Below are positions 30,001-42,591 of a DNA stretch of 64,000 nt, piece by piece. The position numbers were made by a program, and so were the translations under genes. The notes under the pieces are model-generated. The model was not told the origin of the DNA. It ran no database searches and was given only the letters and a program-made list of their open reading frames with translations. The first letter of the stretch is position 1. Each line of letters opens with the position of its first letter. The stretch is from positions 62,001 through 126,000 of the forward strand of contig JAUCBJ010001598.1 of NCBI GenBank assembly GCA_032718475.1, read 5' to 3'. The stretch comes from Nemertoderma westbladi (Eukaryota; Animalia; Xenacoelomorpha).

Positions 30001-33000
30001 TACTATTCTACGCTATCATTTGTTTCCCAGGCACCCCGTTGAGTCTGTACTATTCTACGCTAGCATTTGTTTCCCAGACACCCCGTTGAGTCTGTACTAT
30101 TCTACGCTAGCATTTGTTTCCCAGGCACCTCGTTGAGTCTGTACTATTATACGCTATCATTTGTTTCCCAGGCACTCCGTTGCGTCTACTATTCTACGCT
30201 ATCATTTGTTTCCCAGGCACCCCGTTGAGTCTGTACTATTCTACGCTAGCATTTGTTTCCCAGGCACCTCGTTGAGTCTGTACTATTATACGCTATCATT
30301 TGTTTCCCAGGCACTCCGTTGCGTCTACTATTCTACGCTATCATTTGTTTCCCAGGCACCCCGTTGAGTCTGTACTATTCTACGCTATCATTTGTTTCTC
30401 AGGCACCCCGTTGAGTCTACTATTCTACGCTATCATTTGTTTCCCAGGCACCCCGTTGAGTCTGTACTATTCTACGCTAGCATTTGTTTCCCAGGCACCT
30501 CGTTGAGTCTGTACTATTATACGCTATCATTTGTTTCCCAGGCACTCCGTTGCGTCTACTATTCTACGCTATCATTTGTTTCCCAGGCACCCCGTTGAGT
30601 CTGTACTATTCTACGCTATCATTTGTTTCTCAGGCACCCCGTTGAGTCTACTATTCTACGCTATCATTTGTTTCCCAGGCACCCCGTTGAGTCTGTACTA
30701 TTCTACGCTAGCATTTGTTTCCCAGGCACCTCGTTGAGTCTGTACTATTATACGCTATCATTTGTTTCCCAGGCACTCCGTTGCGTCTACTATTCTACGC
30801 TATCATTTGTTTCTCAGGCACCCCGTTGAGTCTACTATTCTACGCTATCATTTGTTTCCCAGGCACCCCGTTGAGTCTGTACTATTCTACGCTATCATTT
30901 GTTTCTCAGGCACCCCGTTGAGTCTGTACTATTCTACGCTATCATTTGTTTCCCAGGCACTCCGTTGCGTCTACTATTCTACGCTAGCATTTGTTTCCCA
31001 GGCACCTCGTTGAGTCTGTACTATTATACGCTACCATTTGTTTCCCAGGTACCCCGTTGAGTCTGTACTATTCTACGCTATCATTTGTTTCCCAGGCACT
31101 CCGTTGCGTCTACTATTCTACGCTAGCATTTGTTTCCCAGGCACCTCGTTGAGTCTGTACTATTATACGCTACCATTTGTTTCCCAGGTACCCCGTTGAG
31201 TCTGTACTATTCTACGCTATCATTTGTTTCTCAGGCACCCCGTTGAGTCTGTACTATTCTACGCTATCATTTGTTTCCCAGGCACTCCGTTGCGTCTACT
31301 ATTCTACGCTAGCATTTGTTTCCCAGGCACCTCGTTGAGTCTGTACTATTATACGCTATCATTTGTTTCCCAGGCACCCCGTTGAGTCTGTACTATTCTA
31401 CGCTAGCATTTGTTTCCCAGGCACCTCGTTGAGTCTGTACTATTATACGCTATCATTTGTTTCCCAGGCACTCCGTTGCGTCTACTATTCTACGCTATCA
31501 TTTGTTTCCCAGGCACCCCGTTGAGTCTGTACTATTCTACGCTATCATTTGTTTCTCAGGCACCCCGTTGAGTCTACTATTCTACGCTATCATTTGTTTC
31601 CCAGGCACCCCGTTGAGTCTGTACTATTCTACGCTATCATTTGTTTCTCAGGCACCCCGTTGAGTCTGTACTATTCTACGCTATCATTTGTTTCCCAGGC
31701 ACCCCGTTGAGTCTACTATTATACGCTATCATTTGTTTCCCAGGCACTCCGTTGCGTCTACTATTCTACGCTATCATTTGTTTCCCAGGCACCCCGTTGA
31801 GTCTGTACTATTCTACGCTAGCATTTGTTTCCCAGGTACCCCGTTGAGTCTGTACTATTCTACGCTAGCATTTGTTTCCCAGGCACCCCGTTGAGTCTGT
31901 ACTATTCTACGCTAGCATTTGTTTCCCAGGTACCCCGTTGAGTCTGTACTATTCTACGCTATCATTTGTTTCCCAGGCACCCCGTTGAGTCTGTACTATT
32001 CTACGCTATCATTTGTTTCCCAGGCACTCCGTTGAGTCTGTACTATTCTACGCTATCATTTGTTTCCCAGGCACTCCGTTGAGTCTGTACTATTCTACGC
32101 TACCATTTGTTTCCCAGGTACCCCGTTGAGTCTGTACTATTCTACGCTATCATTTGTTTCCCAGGCACCTCGTTGAGTCTGTACTATTCTACGCTATCAT
32201 TTGTTTCCCAGGCACTCCGTTGAGTCTGTACTATTCTACGCTACCATTTGTTTCCCAGGTACCCCGTTGAGTCTGTACTATTCTACGCTACCATTTGTTT
32301 CCCAGGTACCCCGTTGAGTCTGTACTATTCTACGCTATCATTTGTTTCCCAGGCACCTCGTTGAGTCTGTACTATTCTACGCTATCATTTGTTTCCCAGG
32401 CACTCCGTTGAGTCTGTACTATTCTACGCTACCATTTGTTTCCCAGGTACCCCGTTGAGTCTGTACTATTCTACGCTATCATTTGTTTCCCAGGCACTCC
32501 GTTGAGTCTGTACTATTCTACGCTACCATTTGTTTCCCAGGTACCCCGTTGAGTCTGTACTATTCTACGCTATCATTTGTTTCCCAGGCACCTCGTTGAG
32601 TCTGTACTATTCTACGCTATCATTTGTTTCCCAGGCACTCCGTTGAGTCTGTACTATTCTACGCTACCATTTGTTTCCCAGGTACCCCGTTGAGTCTGTA
32701 CTATTCTACGCTATCATTTGTTTCCCAGACACCCCGTTGAGTCTGTACTATTCTACGCTATCATTTGTTTCCCATGCACCCCGTTGAGTCTACTATTATA
32801 CGCTATCATTTGTTTCCCAGGCACTCCGTTGCGTCTACTATTCTACGCTATCATTTGTTTCCCAGGCACCCCGTTGAGTCTGTACTATTCTACGCTATCA
32901 TTTGTTTCCCAGGCACCCCGTTGAGTCTGTACTATTCTACGCTATCATTTGTTTCCCAGGCACCCTGTTGAGTCTGTACTATTCTACGCTAGCATTTGTT

Positions 33001-36000
33001 TCCCAGGCACTCCGTTGAGTCTGTACTATTCTACGCTATCATTTGTTTCCCAGGCACCCCGTTGAGTCTGTACTATTCTACGCTAGCATTTGTTTCCCAT
33101 GCACCCCGTTGAGTCTACTATTATACGCTATCATTTGTTTCCCAGGCACTCCGTTGCGTCTACTATTCTACGCTATCATTTGTTTCCCAGGCACCCCGTT
33201 GAGTCTGTACTATTCTACGCTACCATTTGTTTCCCAGGTACCCCGTTGAGTCTGTACTATTCTACGCTACCATTTGTTTCCCAGGCACCCCGTTGAGTCT
33301 GTACTATTCTACGCTATCATTTGTTTCCCAGGTACCCCGTTGAGTCTGTACTATTCTACGCTAGCATTTGTTTCCCATGCACCCCGTTGCGTCTACTATT
33401 CTACGCTATCATTTGTTTCCCAGGCACCCCGTTGAGTCTGTACTATTCTACGCTATCATTTGTTTCCCAGGCACTCCGTTGCGTCTACTATTCTACGCTA
33501 TCATTTGTTTCCCAGGTACCCCGTTGAGTCTGTACTATTCTACGCTACCATTTGTTTCCCAGGTACCCCGTTGAGTCTGTACTATTCTACGCTACCATTT
33601 GTTTCCCAGGCACCCCGTTGAGTCTGTACTATTCTACGCTATCATTTGTTTCCCAGGTACCCCGTTGAGTCTGTACTATTCTACGCTAGCATTTGTTTCC
33701 CATGCACCCCGTTGAGTCTGTACTATTCTACGCTATCATTTGTTTCCCATGCACCCCGTTGAGTCTGTACTATTCTACGCTATCATTTGTTTCCCAGGCA
33801 CGCCGTTGAGTCTGTACTATTCTACGCTACCATTTGTTTCCCAGGTACCCCGTTGAGTCTGTACTATTCTACGCTATCATTTGTTTCCCAGGTACCCCGT
33901 TGAGTCTGTACTATTCTACGCTAGCATTTGTTTCCCATGCACCCCGTTGAGTCTACTATTATACGCTATCATTTGTTTCCCAGGCACTCCGTTGCGTCTA
34001 CTATTCTACGCTATCATTTGTTTCCCAGGCACCCCGTTGAGTCTGTACTATTCTACGCTAGCATTTGTTTCCCAGGCACCCCGTTGAGTCTGTACTATTC
34101 TACGCTATCATTTGTTTCCCAGGCACTCCGTTGAGTCTACTATTCTACGCTATCATTTGTTTCCCAGGCACCCCGTTGAGTCTGTACTATTCTACGCTAG
34201 CATTTGTTTCCCAGGCACCCCGTTGAGTCTGTACTATTCTACGCTATCATTTGTTTCCCAGGCACTCCGTTGAGTCTGTACTATTCTACGCTATCATTTG
34301 TTTCCCAGGCACCCCGTTGAGTCTGTACTATTCTACGCTATCATTTGTTTCCCAGGCACTCCGTTGAGTCTGTACTATTCTACATTATCATTTGTTTCCC
34401 AGACACCCCGTTGAGTCTGTACTATTCTACGCTAGCATTTGTTTCCCAGGCACCCCGTTGAGTCTGTACTATTCTACGCTATCATTTGTTTCCCATGCAC
34501 TCCGTTGAGTCTACTATTCTACGCTATCATTTGTTTCCCAGGCACCCCGTTGAGTCTACTATTCTACGCTATCATTTGTTTCCCAGACACCCCGTTGAGT
34601 CTGTACTATTCTACGCTAGCATTTGTTTCTCAGGCACCCCGTTGAGTCTGTACTATTCTACGCTATCATTTGTTTCCCAGGCACTCCGTTGCGTCTACTA
34701 TTCTACATTATCATTTGTTTCCCAGGTACCCCGTTGAGTCTGTACTATTCTACGCTAGCATTTGTTTCCCAGACACCCCGTTGAGTCTGTACTATTCTAC
34801 GCTATCATTTGTTTCCCAGGCACCCCGTTGAGTCTGTACTATTCTACGCTATCATTTGTTTCCCAGGCACCCCGTTGAGTCTGTACTATTCTACGCTATC
34901 ATTTGTTTCCCAGGCACCCCGTTGAGTCTGTACTATTCTACGCTAGCATTTGTTTCCCAGGCACCCCGTTGAGTCTGTACTATTCTACGCTATCATTTGT
35001 TTCCCAGGCACCCCGTTGAGTCTGTACTATTCTACGCTAGCATTTGTTTCCCAGGCACCCCGTTGAGTCTGTACTATTCTACGCTATCATTTGTTTCCCA
35101 TGCACCCCGTTGAGTCTACTATTCTACGCTATCATTTGTTTCCCATGCACCCCGTTGAGTCTACAATTCTACGCTATCATTTGTTTCCCATGCACCCCGT
35201 TGAGTCTACTATTCTACGCTATCATTTGTTTCCCAGGCACCCCGTTGAGTCTGTACTATTCTACGCTATCATTTGTTTCCCAGGCACCCCGTTGAGTCTG
35301 TACTATTCTACGCTATCATTTGTTTCCCAGGCACCCCGTTGAGTCTACAATTCTACGCTATCATTTGTTTCCCATGCACCCCGTTGAGTCTACTATTCTA
35401 CGCTATCATTTGTTTCCCAGGCACCCCGTTGAGTCTGTACTATTCTACGCTATCATTTGTTTCCCAGGCACCCCGTTGAGTCTGTACTATTCTACGCTAT
35501 CATTTGTTTCCCAGGCACCCCGTTGAGTCTGTACTATTCTACGCTAGCATTTGTTTCCCAGGCACCCTGTTGAGTCTACTATTCTACGCTATCATTTGTT
35601 TCCCAGGCACCCCGTTGAGTCTGTACTATTCTACGCTATCATTTGTTTCCCAGGCACCCCGTTGAGTCTGTACTATTCTACGCTATCATTTGTTTCCCAG
35701 GCACCCCGTTGCGTCTGTACTATTCTACGCTATCATTTGTTTCCCAGGCACCCCGTTGCGTCTACTATTCTACGCTATCATTTGTTTCCCAGGCACCCCG
35801 TTGAGTCTGTACTATTCTACGCTATCATTTGTTTCCCAGGCACCCCGTTGCGTCTACTATTCTACGCTATCATTTGTTTCCCAGGCACCCCGTTGAGTCT
35901 GTACTATTCTACGCTATCATTTGTTTCCCAGGCACCCCGTTGAGTCTGTACTATTCTACGCTATATCATTTGTTTCCCAGGCACCCCGTTGAGTCTGTAC

Positions 36001-39000
36001 TATTCTACGCTATCATTTGTTTCCCAGGCACCCCGTTGAGTCTGTACTATTCTACGCTATCATTTGTTTCCCAGGCACTCCGTTGAGTCTGTACTATTCT
36101 ACGCTACCATTTGTTTCCCAGGCACCCCGTTGAGTCTGTACTATTCTACGCTATCATTTGTTTCCCAGGTACCCCGTTGAGTCTGTACTATTCTACGCTA
36201 GCATTTGTTTCCCAGGCACCCCGTTGAGTCTACTATTCTACGTTATCATTTGTTTCCCAGGCACTCCGTTGCGTCTACTATTCTACGCTATCATTTGTTT
36301 CCCAGGCACCCCGTTGAGTCTGTACTATTCTACGCTAGCATTTGTTTCCCAGACACCCCGTTGAGTCTGTACTATTCTACGCTATCATTTGTTTCCCAGG
36401 CACCTCGTTGAGTCTGTACTATTCTACGCTATCATTTGATTCCCAGGCACCCCGTTGAGTCTGTCTGTACTATTCTACGCTATCATTTGTTTCCCAGGCA
36501 CCCCGTTGAGTCTACTATTCTACGCTATCATTTGTTTCCCAGGCACCCCGTTGAGTCTGTACTATTCTACGCTATCATTTGTTTCCCATGCACCCCGTTG
36601 AGTCTACTATTCTACGCTATCATTTGTTTCCCATGCACCCCGTTGAGTCTACTATTCTACGCTATCATTTGTTTCCCAGGCACCCCGTTGAGTCTGTACT
36701 ATTCTACGCTATCATTTGTTTCCCATGTACCCCGTTGAGTCTACTATTCTACGCTATCATTTGTTTCCCAGGCACCCCGTTGAGTCTGTACTATTCTACG
36801 CTATCATTTGTTTCCCAGGCACCCCGTTGCGTCTACTATTCTACGCTATCATTTGTTTCCCAGGCACCTCGTTGAGTCTGTACTATTCTACGCTATCATT
36901 TGTTTCCCAGGCACCCCGTTGCGTCTACTATTCTATGCTATCATTTGTTTCCCAGGCACCCCGTTGAGTCTACTATTCTACGCTATCATTTGTTTCCCAG
37001 GCACGCCGTTGAGTCTGTACTATTCTACGCTATCATTTGTTTCCCAGGCACCCCGTTGCGTCTACTATTCTATGCTATCATTTGTTTCCCAGGTACCCCG
37101 TTGAGTCTGTACTATTCTACGCTAGCATTTGTTTCCCAGGCACCCCGTTGAGTCTGTACTATTCTACGCTAGCATTTGTTTCCCAGGCACCCCGTTGAGT
37201 CTGTACTATTCTACGCTAGCATTTGTTTCCCAGGCACCCCGTTGAGTCTGTACTATTCTACGCTATCATTTGTTTCCCAGGCACCCCGTTGAGTCTACTA
37301 TTCTACTCTACCATTTGTTTCCCAGGCACCCCGTTGAGTCTACTATTCTACTCTACCATTTGTTTCCCAGGCACCCCGTTGAGTCTGTACTATTCTACGC
37401 TATCATTTGTTTCTCAGGCACCCCGTTGAGTCTGTACTATTCTACGCTATCATTTGTTTCCCAGGCACCCCGTTGAGTCTGTACTATTCTACGCTATCAT
37501 TTGTTTCCCAGGCACGCCGTTGAGTCTGTACTATTCTACATTATCATTTGTTTCCCAGGCACTCCGTTGCGTCTGTACTATTCTACGCTATCATTTGTTT
37601 CTCAGGCACCCCGTTGAGTCTGTACTATTCTACGCTAGCATTTGTTTCCCAGGCACCCCGTTGAGTCTGTACTATTCTACGTTAGCATTTGTTTCCCAGA
37701 CACCCCGTTGCGTCTACTATTCTACGCTATCATTTGTTTCTCAGGCACCCCGTTGAGTCTGTACTATTCTACGCTATCATTTGTTTCCCAGGCACCCCGT
37801 TGAGTCTGTCTGTACTATTCTACGCTATCATTTGTTTCCCAGGCACGCCGTTGAGTCTGTACTATTCTACATTATCATTTGTTTCCCAGGCACCCCGTTG
37901 AGTCTGTACTATTCTACGCTAGCATTTGTTTCCCAGGCACCCCGTTGAGTCTGTACTATTCTACGCTAGCATTTGTTTCCCAGGCACCCCGTTGAGTCTG
38001 TACTATTCTACGCTATCATTTGTTTCCCAGGCACCCCGTTGAGTCTACTATTCTACTCTACCATTTGTTTCCCAGGCACCCCGTTGCGTCTACTATTCTA
38101 CGCTATCATTTGTTTCCCAGGCACCTCGTTGAGTCTGTACTATTCTACGCTATCATTTGTTTCCCAGACACGCCGTTGAGTCTGTACTATTCTACGCTAT
38201 CATTTGTTTCCCAGGCACCTCGTTGAGTCTGTACTATTCTACGCTATCATTTGTTTCCCAGACACGCCGTTGAGTCTGTACTATTCTACGCTATCATTTT
38301 TTTCCCAGGCACCCTGTTGAGTCTGTACTATTCTACGTTAGCATTTGTTTCCCAGACACCCCGTTGAGTCTGTACTATTCTACGCTATCATTTGTTTCCC
38401 AGGCACCTCGTTAAGTCTGTACTATTATACGCTATCATTTGTTTCCCAGGCACCCCGTTGAGTCTGTCTGTACTATTCTACGCTATCATTTGTTTCCCAG
38501 GCACGCCGTTGAGTCTGTACTATTCTACATTATCATTTGTTTCCCAGGCACTCCGTTGCGTCTACTATTCTACGCTATCATTTGTTTCCCAGGTACCCCG
38601 TTGAGTCTGTACTATTCTACGCTATCATTTGTTTCCCAGGCACCCCGTTGAGTCTGTACTATTCTACGCTATCATTTGTTTCCCAGGCACCCCGTTGAGT
38701 CTGTACTATTCTACGCTATCATTTGTTTCCCATGCACCCCGTTGAGTCTACAATTCTACGCTATCATTTGTTTCCCAGGCACCCCGTTGAGTCTACTATT
38801 CTACGCTATCATTTGTTTCCCAGGCACGCCGTTGAGTCTGTACTATTCTACCCTATCATTTGTTTCCCAGGCACTCCGTTGCGTCTACTATTCTACGCTA
38901 TCATTTGTTTCCCAGGTACCCCGTTGAGTCTGTACTATTCTACGCTATCATTTGTTTCCCAGGCACCCCGTTGAGTCTGTACTATTCTACGCTATCATTT

Positions 39001-39557
39001 GTTTCCCATGCACCCCGTTGAGTCTGTCTGTACTATTCTACGATATCATTTGTTTCCCAGGCACCCCGTTGAGTCTGTACTATTCTACGCTATCATTTGT
39101 TTCCCAGGCACGCCGTTGAGTCTGTACTATTCTACGCTATCATTTGTTTCCCAGTCACCCCGTTGAGTCTGTACTATTCTACGCTATCATTTGTTTCCCA
39201 GACACCCCGTTGAGTCTGTACTATTCTACGCTATCATTTGTTTCCCAGGCACCCCGTTGAGTCTACTATTCTACGCTATCATTTGTTTCCCAGGCACCCC
39301 GTTGAGTCTGTACTATTCTACGCTACCATTTGTTTCCCAGGCACTCCGTTGCGTCTACTATTCTACGCTATCATTTGTTTCCCAGGCACCCCGTTGAGTC
39401 TGTACTATTCTACGCTATCATTTGTTTCCCAGGCACCCCGTTGAGTCTGTACTATTCTACGCTATCATTTGTTTCCCAGGCACCCTGTTGAGTCTACTAT
39501 TCTACGCTAGCATTTGTTTCCCAGGCACCCCGTTGAGTCTGTACTATTCTACGCTAT
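1..39557 (+). repeat. Intronic satellite, 47-bp monomer (45- and 51-bp variants), about 840 copies in window, open at the left edge; monomer = 3' splice site + first 33 nt of the beta-catenin exon at 39525
   Basis: Monomer catttgtttcccag-gcaccccgttgagtctgtactattctacgctat repeats head-to-tail from position 1. The last copy (39511-39557) runs into unique coding sequence (...GCT ATT ATA ACT CTA CAC AAC). Copy number is estimated as 39.5 kb / ~47 bp. Confidence 0.98.
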
Positions 39558-39726
39558 TATAACTCTACACAACCTGCTTCTGCACCTCGATGGCTCCAAG
39601 ATGGCAGTCCGACAGGCTGGAGGCCTACAGAAGATGGTCGCTTTACTGAGTCGTAACAACGTTAAGTTTCTCGCTATAACCACGGATTGCCTCCAAATCC
39701 TGGCCTATGGGAATCAGGATAGCAAG
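39525..39726 (+). CDS. CTNNB1: Beta-catenin/armadillo coding exon ([67 protein letters not shown]), 202 nt
   Basis: Translation matches the beta-catenin arm-repeat segment [41 protein letters not shown]...[21 protein letters not shown]. Acceptor tttcccAG at 39523-39524; donor AAG|GTGGGT at 39727. Starts in phase 2, ends in phase 0. Confidence 0.97.
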
Positions 39727-40969
39727 GTGGGTGTCCCCAGTAAATCATTCGCACTCTGCGTTACCAATAAATAACGCATTTATATTATGTTAAAATATTA
39801 AACGAACGGATGAAGTGGTAGGAATATACATTCACTACCGGTAACACAGTGTGTGATTGATAACTATAAGGTTTAATGGGGATTACCTGGTATTCCTCAT
39901 TAAAACTTATAATTATATAGACCCTATCTTCTCTTCCTGTGCCACAATATAGTCTGATGTCTTTTACTATCTTTAAATAATATCATATAATGATTATAAT
40001 CATATAACGACCACCCTCAACACTTTATTTTATTTGTATCATTCATACGCTATATGACACAATGAAATTTGAACATTTATCATTTAAATGTTATCATATG
40101 CGATTGTCTTGAATAATGCCTTGTTAAGGCTGTAGTGGTACCAGGCCTTTTAAACGGAGACTAGATTCACGATAATTTCATTTTTTTTTAATTTATCTTT
40201 ATTAAGTGTTTTATAGTGCTTAATTTTCTGTTATAACCTGTTTTTAATACAGATACTAATTCGTTTATTGTTTTGGTTAGAATCTTCTATAACCAGGGTT
40301 TTTAGTGGAAAACAAAAGAAAGTCTGACATACTTAACATAGGGGCCCATATTCTGGCATTAAATACCCTCCCGCAATTTGGGAGGAGTGCTAATTATTAT
40401 TTTATTTTATAATTAACTATAACAGATCGGAGCTCCGAGGTTTTATATACCGAGCGAGGCGAGGCGAGGTTAATAAAGAATCGAGAACTTGGTGACTCAT
40501 TATTAACCATGCAATAAATAATTATTACCATACTGTTGTTGTAACTGCAATAAAAACATTACTATATTATAAAAAAATAAAGCTAATAATTGACCATTAA
40601 GTTAACATAATGTAACAAAATTTCTTACATCATTGTCTGAGTAGAGCACATTCATCGTTACAGATGTCGGTTTATTTATGTTAAACATCCCTACATGCGC
40701 TCGCTCGCTACAATAAAGTGCGCGTGTTGTAGAGCTGGAAAGTGATGATTTGTACACAATAATTTTAATAATATCCAATAATATACTTTATTTCTCTTTA
40801 TTGAATAAATCAAGTCGTTACACTATACTAATTATTACACATTATCTCTCTCACTTAACTTCTCAGACGCACAATCAATTATTTTCACCTGATTTCTCTA
40901 TTTCCATTTTGCACTGCACATTTCTTAACTACTAACTCTATTGATGATTGGTTTAATTTATTAACTTAT

Positions 40970-42493
40970 TTAACAGACCTATTTGTCCGGGGGCGGGGGG
41001 GGGGGGGGGGGGGGGGGGTGTCATTTTATACATTTTTTGTAATTCATCTGTGTATCGTTGAGTCAGGTTTGTTGGGAAACCGAGATTTTGTGGCTTTTCC
41101 TAAAATGGGCTATCCAACAGAGCAAACGCCATTTACATGGCTATGTTAGTTTTCTTGCTGTGGTCCCTTTCTGGCACCCATCTTCCAGTATTTTCGTGCT
41201 AAAATTTTCAAAAGTTTTTATGGCTCACTAAAATTAATTTATTTGAGATATATAGCTGTTTTTTGGATGCCTCAAATATTTTATATAACTCAAATATTAC
41301 ATTCAAGAACATTTTTGGTAATTTTGAATGTGCCCCCTTGGGCACGAAAAAAACAAGTAGTGGAAATATGATAATGAAAAATAACCACAAAATCAAATTG
41401 ATTTTATGACCATATATGATTGTTGGGATGCTGATCACGAATATGAAACTGAAATATATCGTACATTGTTTATTAGGGAATGTTTGGATACGTGTCAATC
41501 TGTCAATGTGAGGCACGAAAAATAAAAGAAGCACAAATTTGATATCCAAAAATCATTACCAAGTCAACCTGATTGTAAGACATTATGGGTTTTCTGGGAC
41601 TCTGATCACGAATATGACACTCAAAAATATTTAAAAAAATAATATACTTCTATTTTTCGTCCCACCAGCCCAGACAAGCACCAAAAGCGATAGTTGTGTT
41701 ATCACGGATGATTTTTAACGATTTGTTTCGTGATCAGCGACCTTGAAAACCAGTATGGCGTCAGAATTACCAAACCAAAGGCAAAATGTTACAGTTTGTA
41801 ATTTTATGCTACTTGTATTTTTCTTTCTGGGGCACCAGAATGGCACCAAAATTTTATTTGCATTACCAGAAATATTTATAACTAGTTTCATCGTGATCAG
41901 CGACCTCGATAACCCACCTTCAGGGTGCTTATAAGCATTATGCTTGTTGCCCAATTGGGTGGGGTCAGAGTAAAACGCGGATCCGGATCCGGATTCTACA
42001 TTTAACATTGTCCGGTACGGAAGTCGATTTTTTTTACATTTTTATAACTCCCAAAAATAAAACTATAGCCTGTTCTATTGACTTTAGTTTATTGTTTTGT
42101 TTAAAATAACGTGACACTGTAACCTGCTCCTTTCCCTTAATTGATCATTTTGGAATCCGGATCCGCGTTTTACACCTACCCAATTGGGTGAACTTCGATG
42201 TTCAATAAAATAAATATTAAACTAAACCTTTACAGAAGTTTCAAACCAATCACAAAACTTTTTAGTTTGAGATTTATTTACTTGTACTTTTCGTCCTGGG
42301 GGACCAAAATACCACAAAAATGAATGTTGCATTTCTGGAATATATTTTTAACAAGTATTATCGTTATCAGCGACCTCTAAAACAGTTATACCATCAAAAT
42401 TGAAATTTTGAGTCAAGATCTAAAAAATTTCTAAAAATGACCCACCCCCAGGGCCAATTACGAGGTGAAATAGCCCGTGCCAGATACGGTTAA
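40970..42493. mobile_element. Probable degenerate non-autonomous DNA transposon with TTAA at both ends and internal inverted subrepeats; hosts the nested MITE at 41962-42181
   Basis: The left end ttaacagacctatttgtccgggg loosely resembles the reverse complement of the right end (cccgtgccagatacggttaa). Internal motif ctgatcacgaatatga (~41431, ~41602) faces tcgtgatcagcgacct (~41728, ~41891; variant ~42361). Boundaries are approximate. Confidence 0.4.
41962..42181. mobile_element. 220-bp MITE with ~26-bp TIRs and 9-bp TSD (Mutator/MULE-like)
   Basis: Left TIR gggtcagagtaaaacgcggatccgga; right end tccggatccgcgttttacacctaccc. Identical 9-bp flanks aattgggtg at 41953-41961 and 42182-42190. Confidence 0.85.
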
Positions 42494-42591
42494 ACTAGCC
42501 TATTCTATGGACAGCCATGGCTAAACGTTAAACTGTATGTACCTTACAGCACTTACTATATGGTCCTTCCTCCCTACTTTGTTACTTTACA

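Noticed and set aside
44-39444. Dozens of ORFs (MFPRHPVES..., 65-158 aa) in the 47-bp array
   Set aside because: They are products of a non-triplet repeat cycling through frames, start at TTG rather than ATG, and end at the monomer's TGA. Only the [10 protein letters not shown] segment is meaningful, as copied exon sequence.
1-39557. CRISPR array
   Set aside because: Units are head-to-tail with no unique spacers, there are no cas genes, and the context is a spliced animal gene.
1-39557. Dscam-like cassette of mutually exclusive exons
   Set aside because: Monomers have an acceptor but no convincing internal donor, carry only 33 nt of nearly identical exon sequence, and would not replace the full 202-nt exon.
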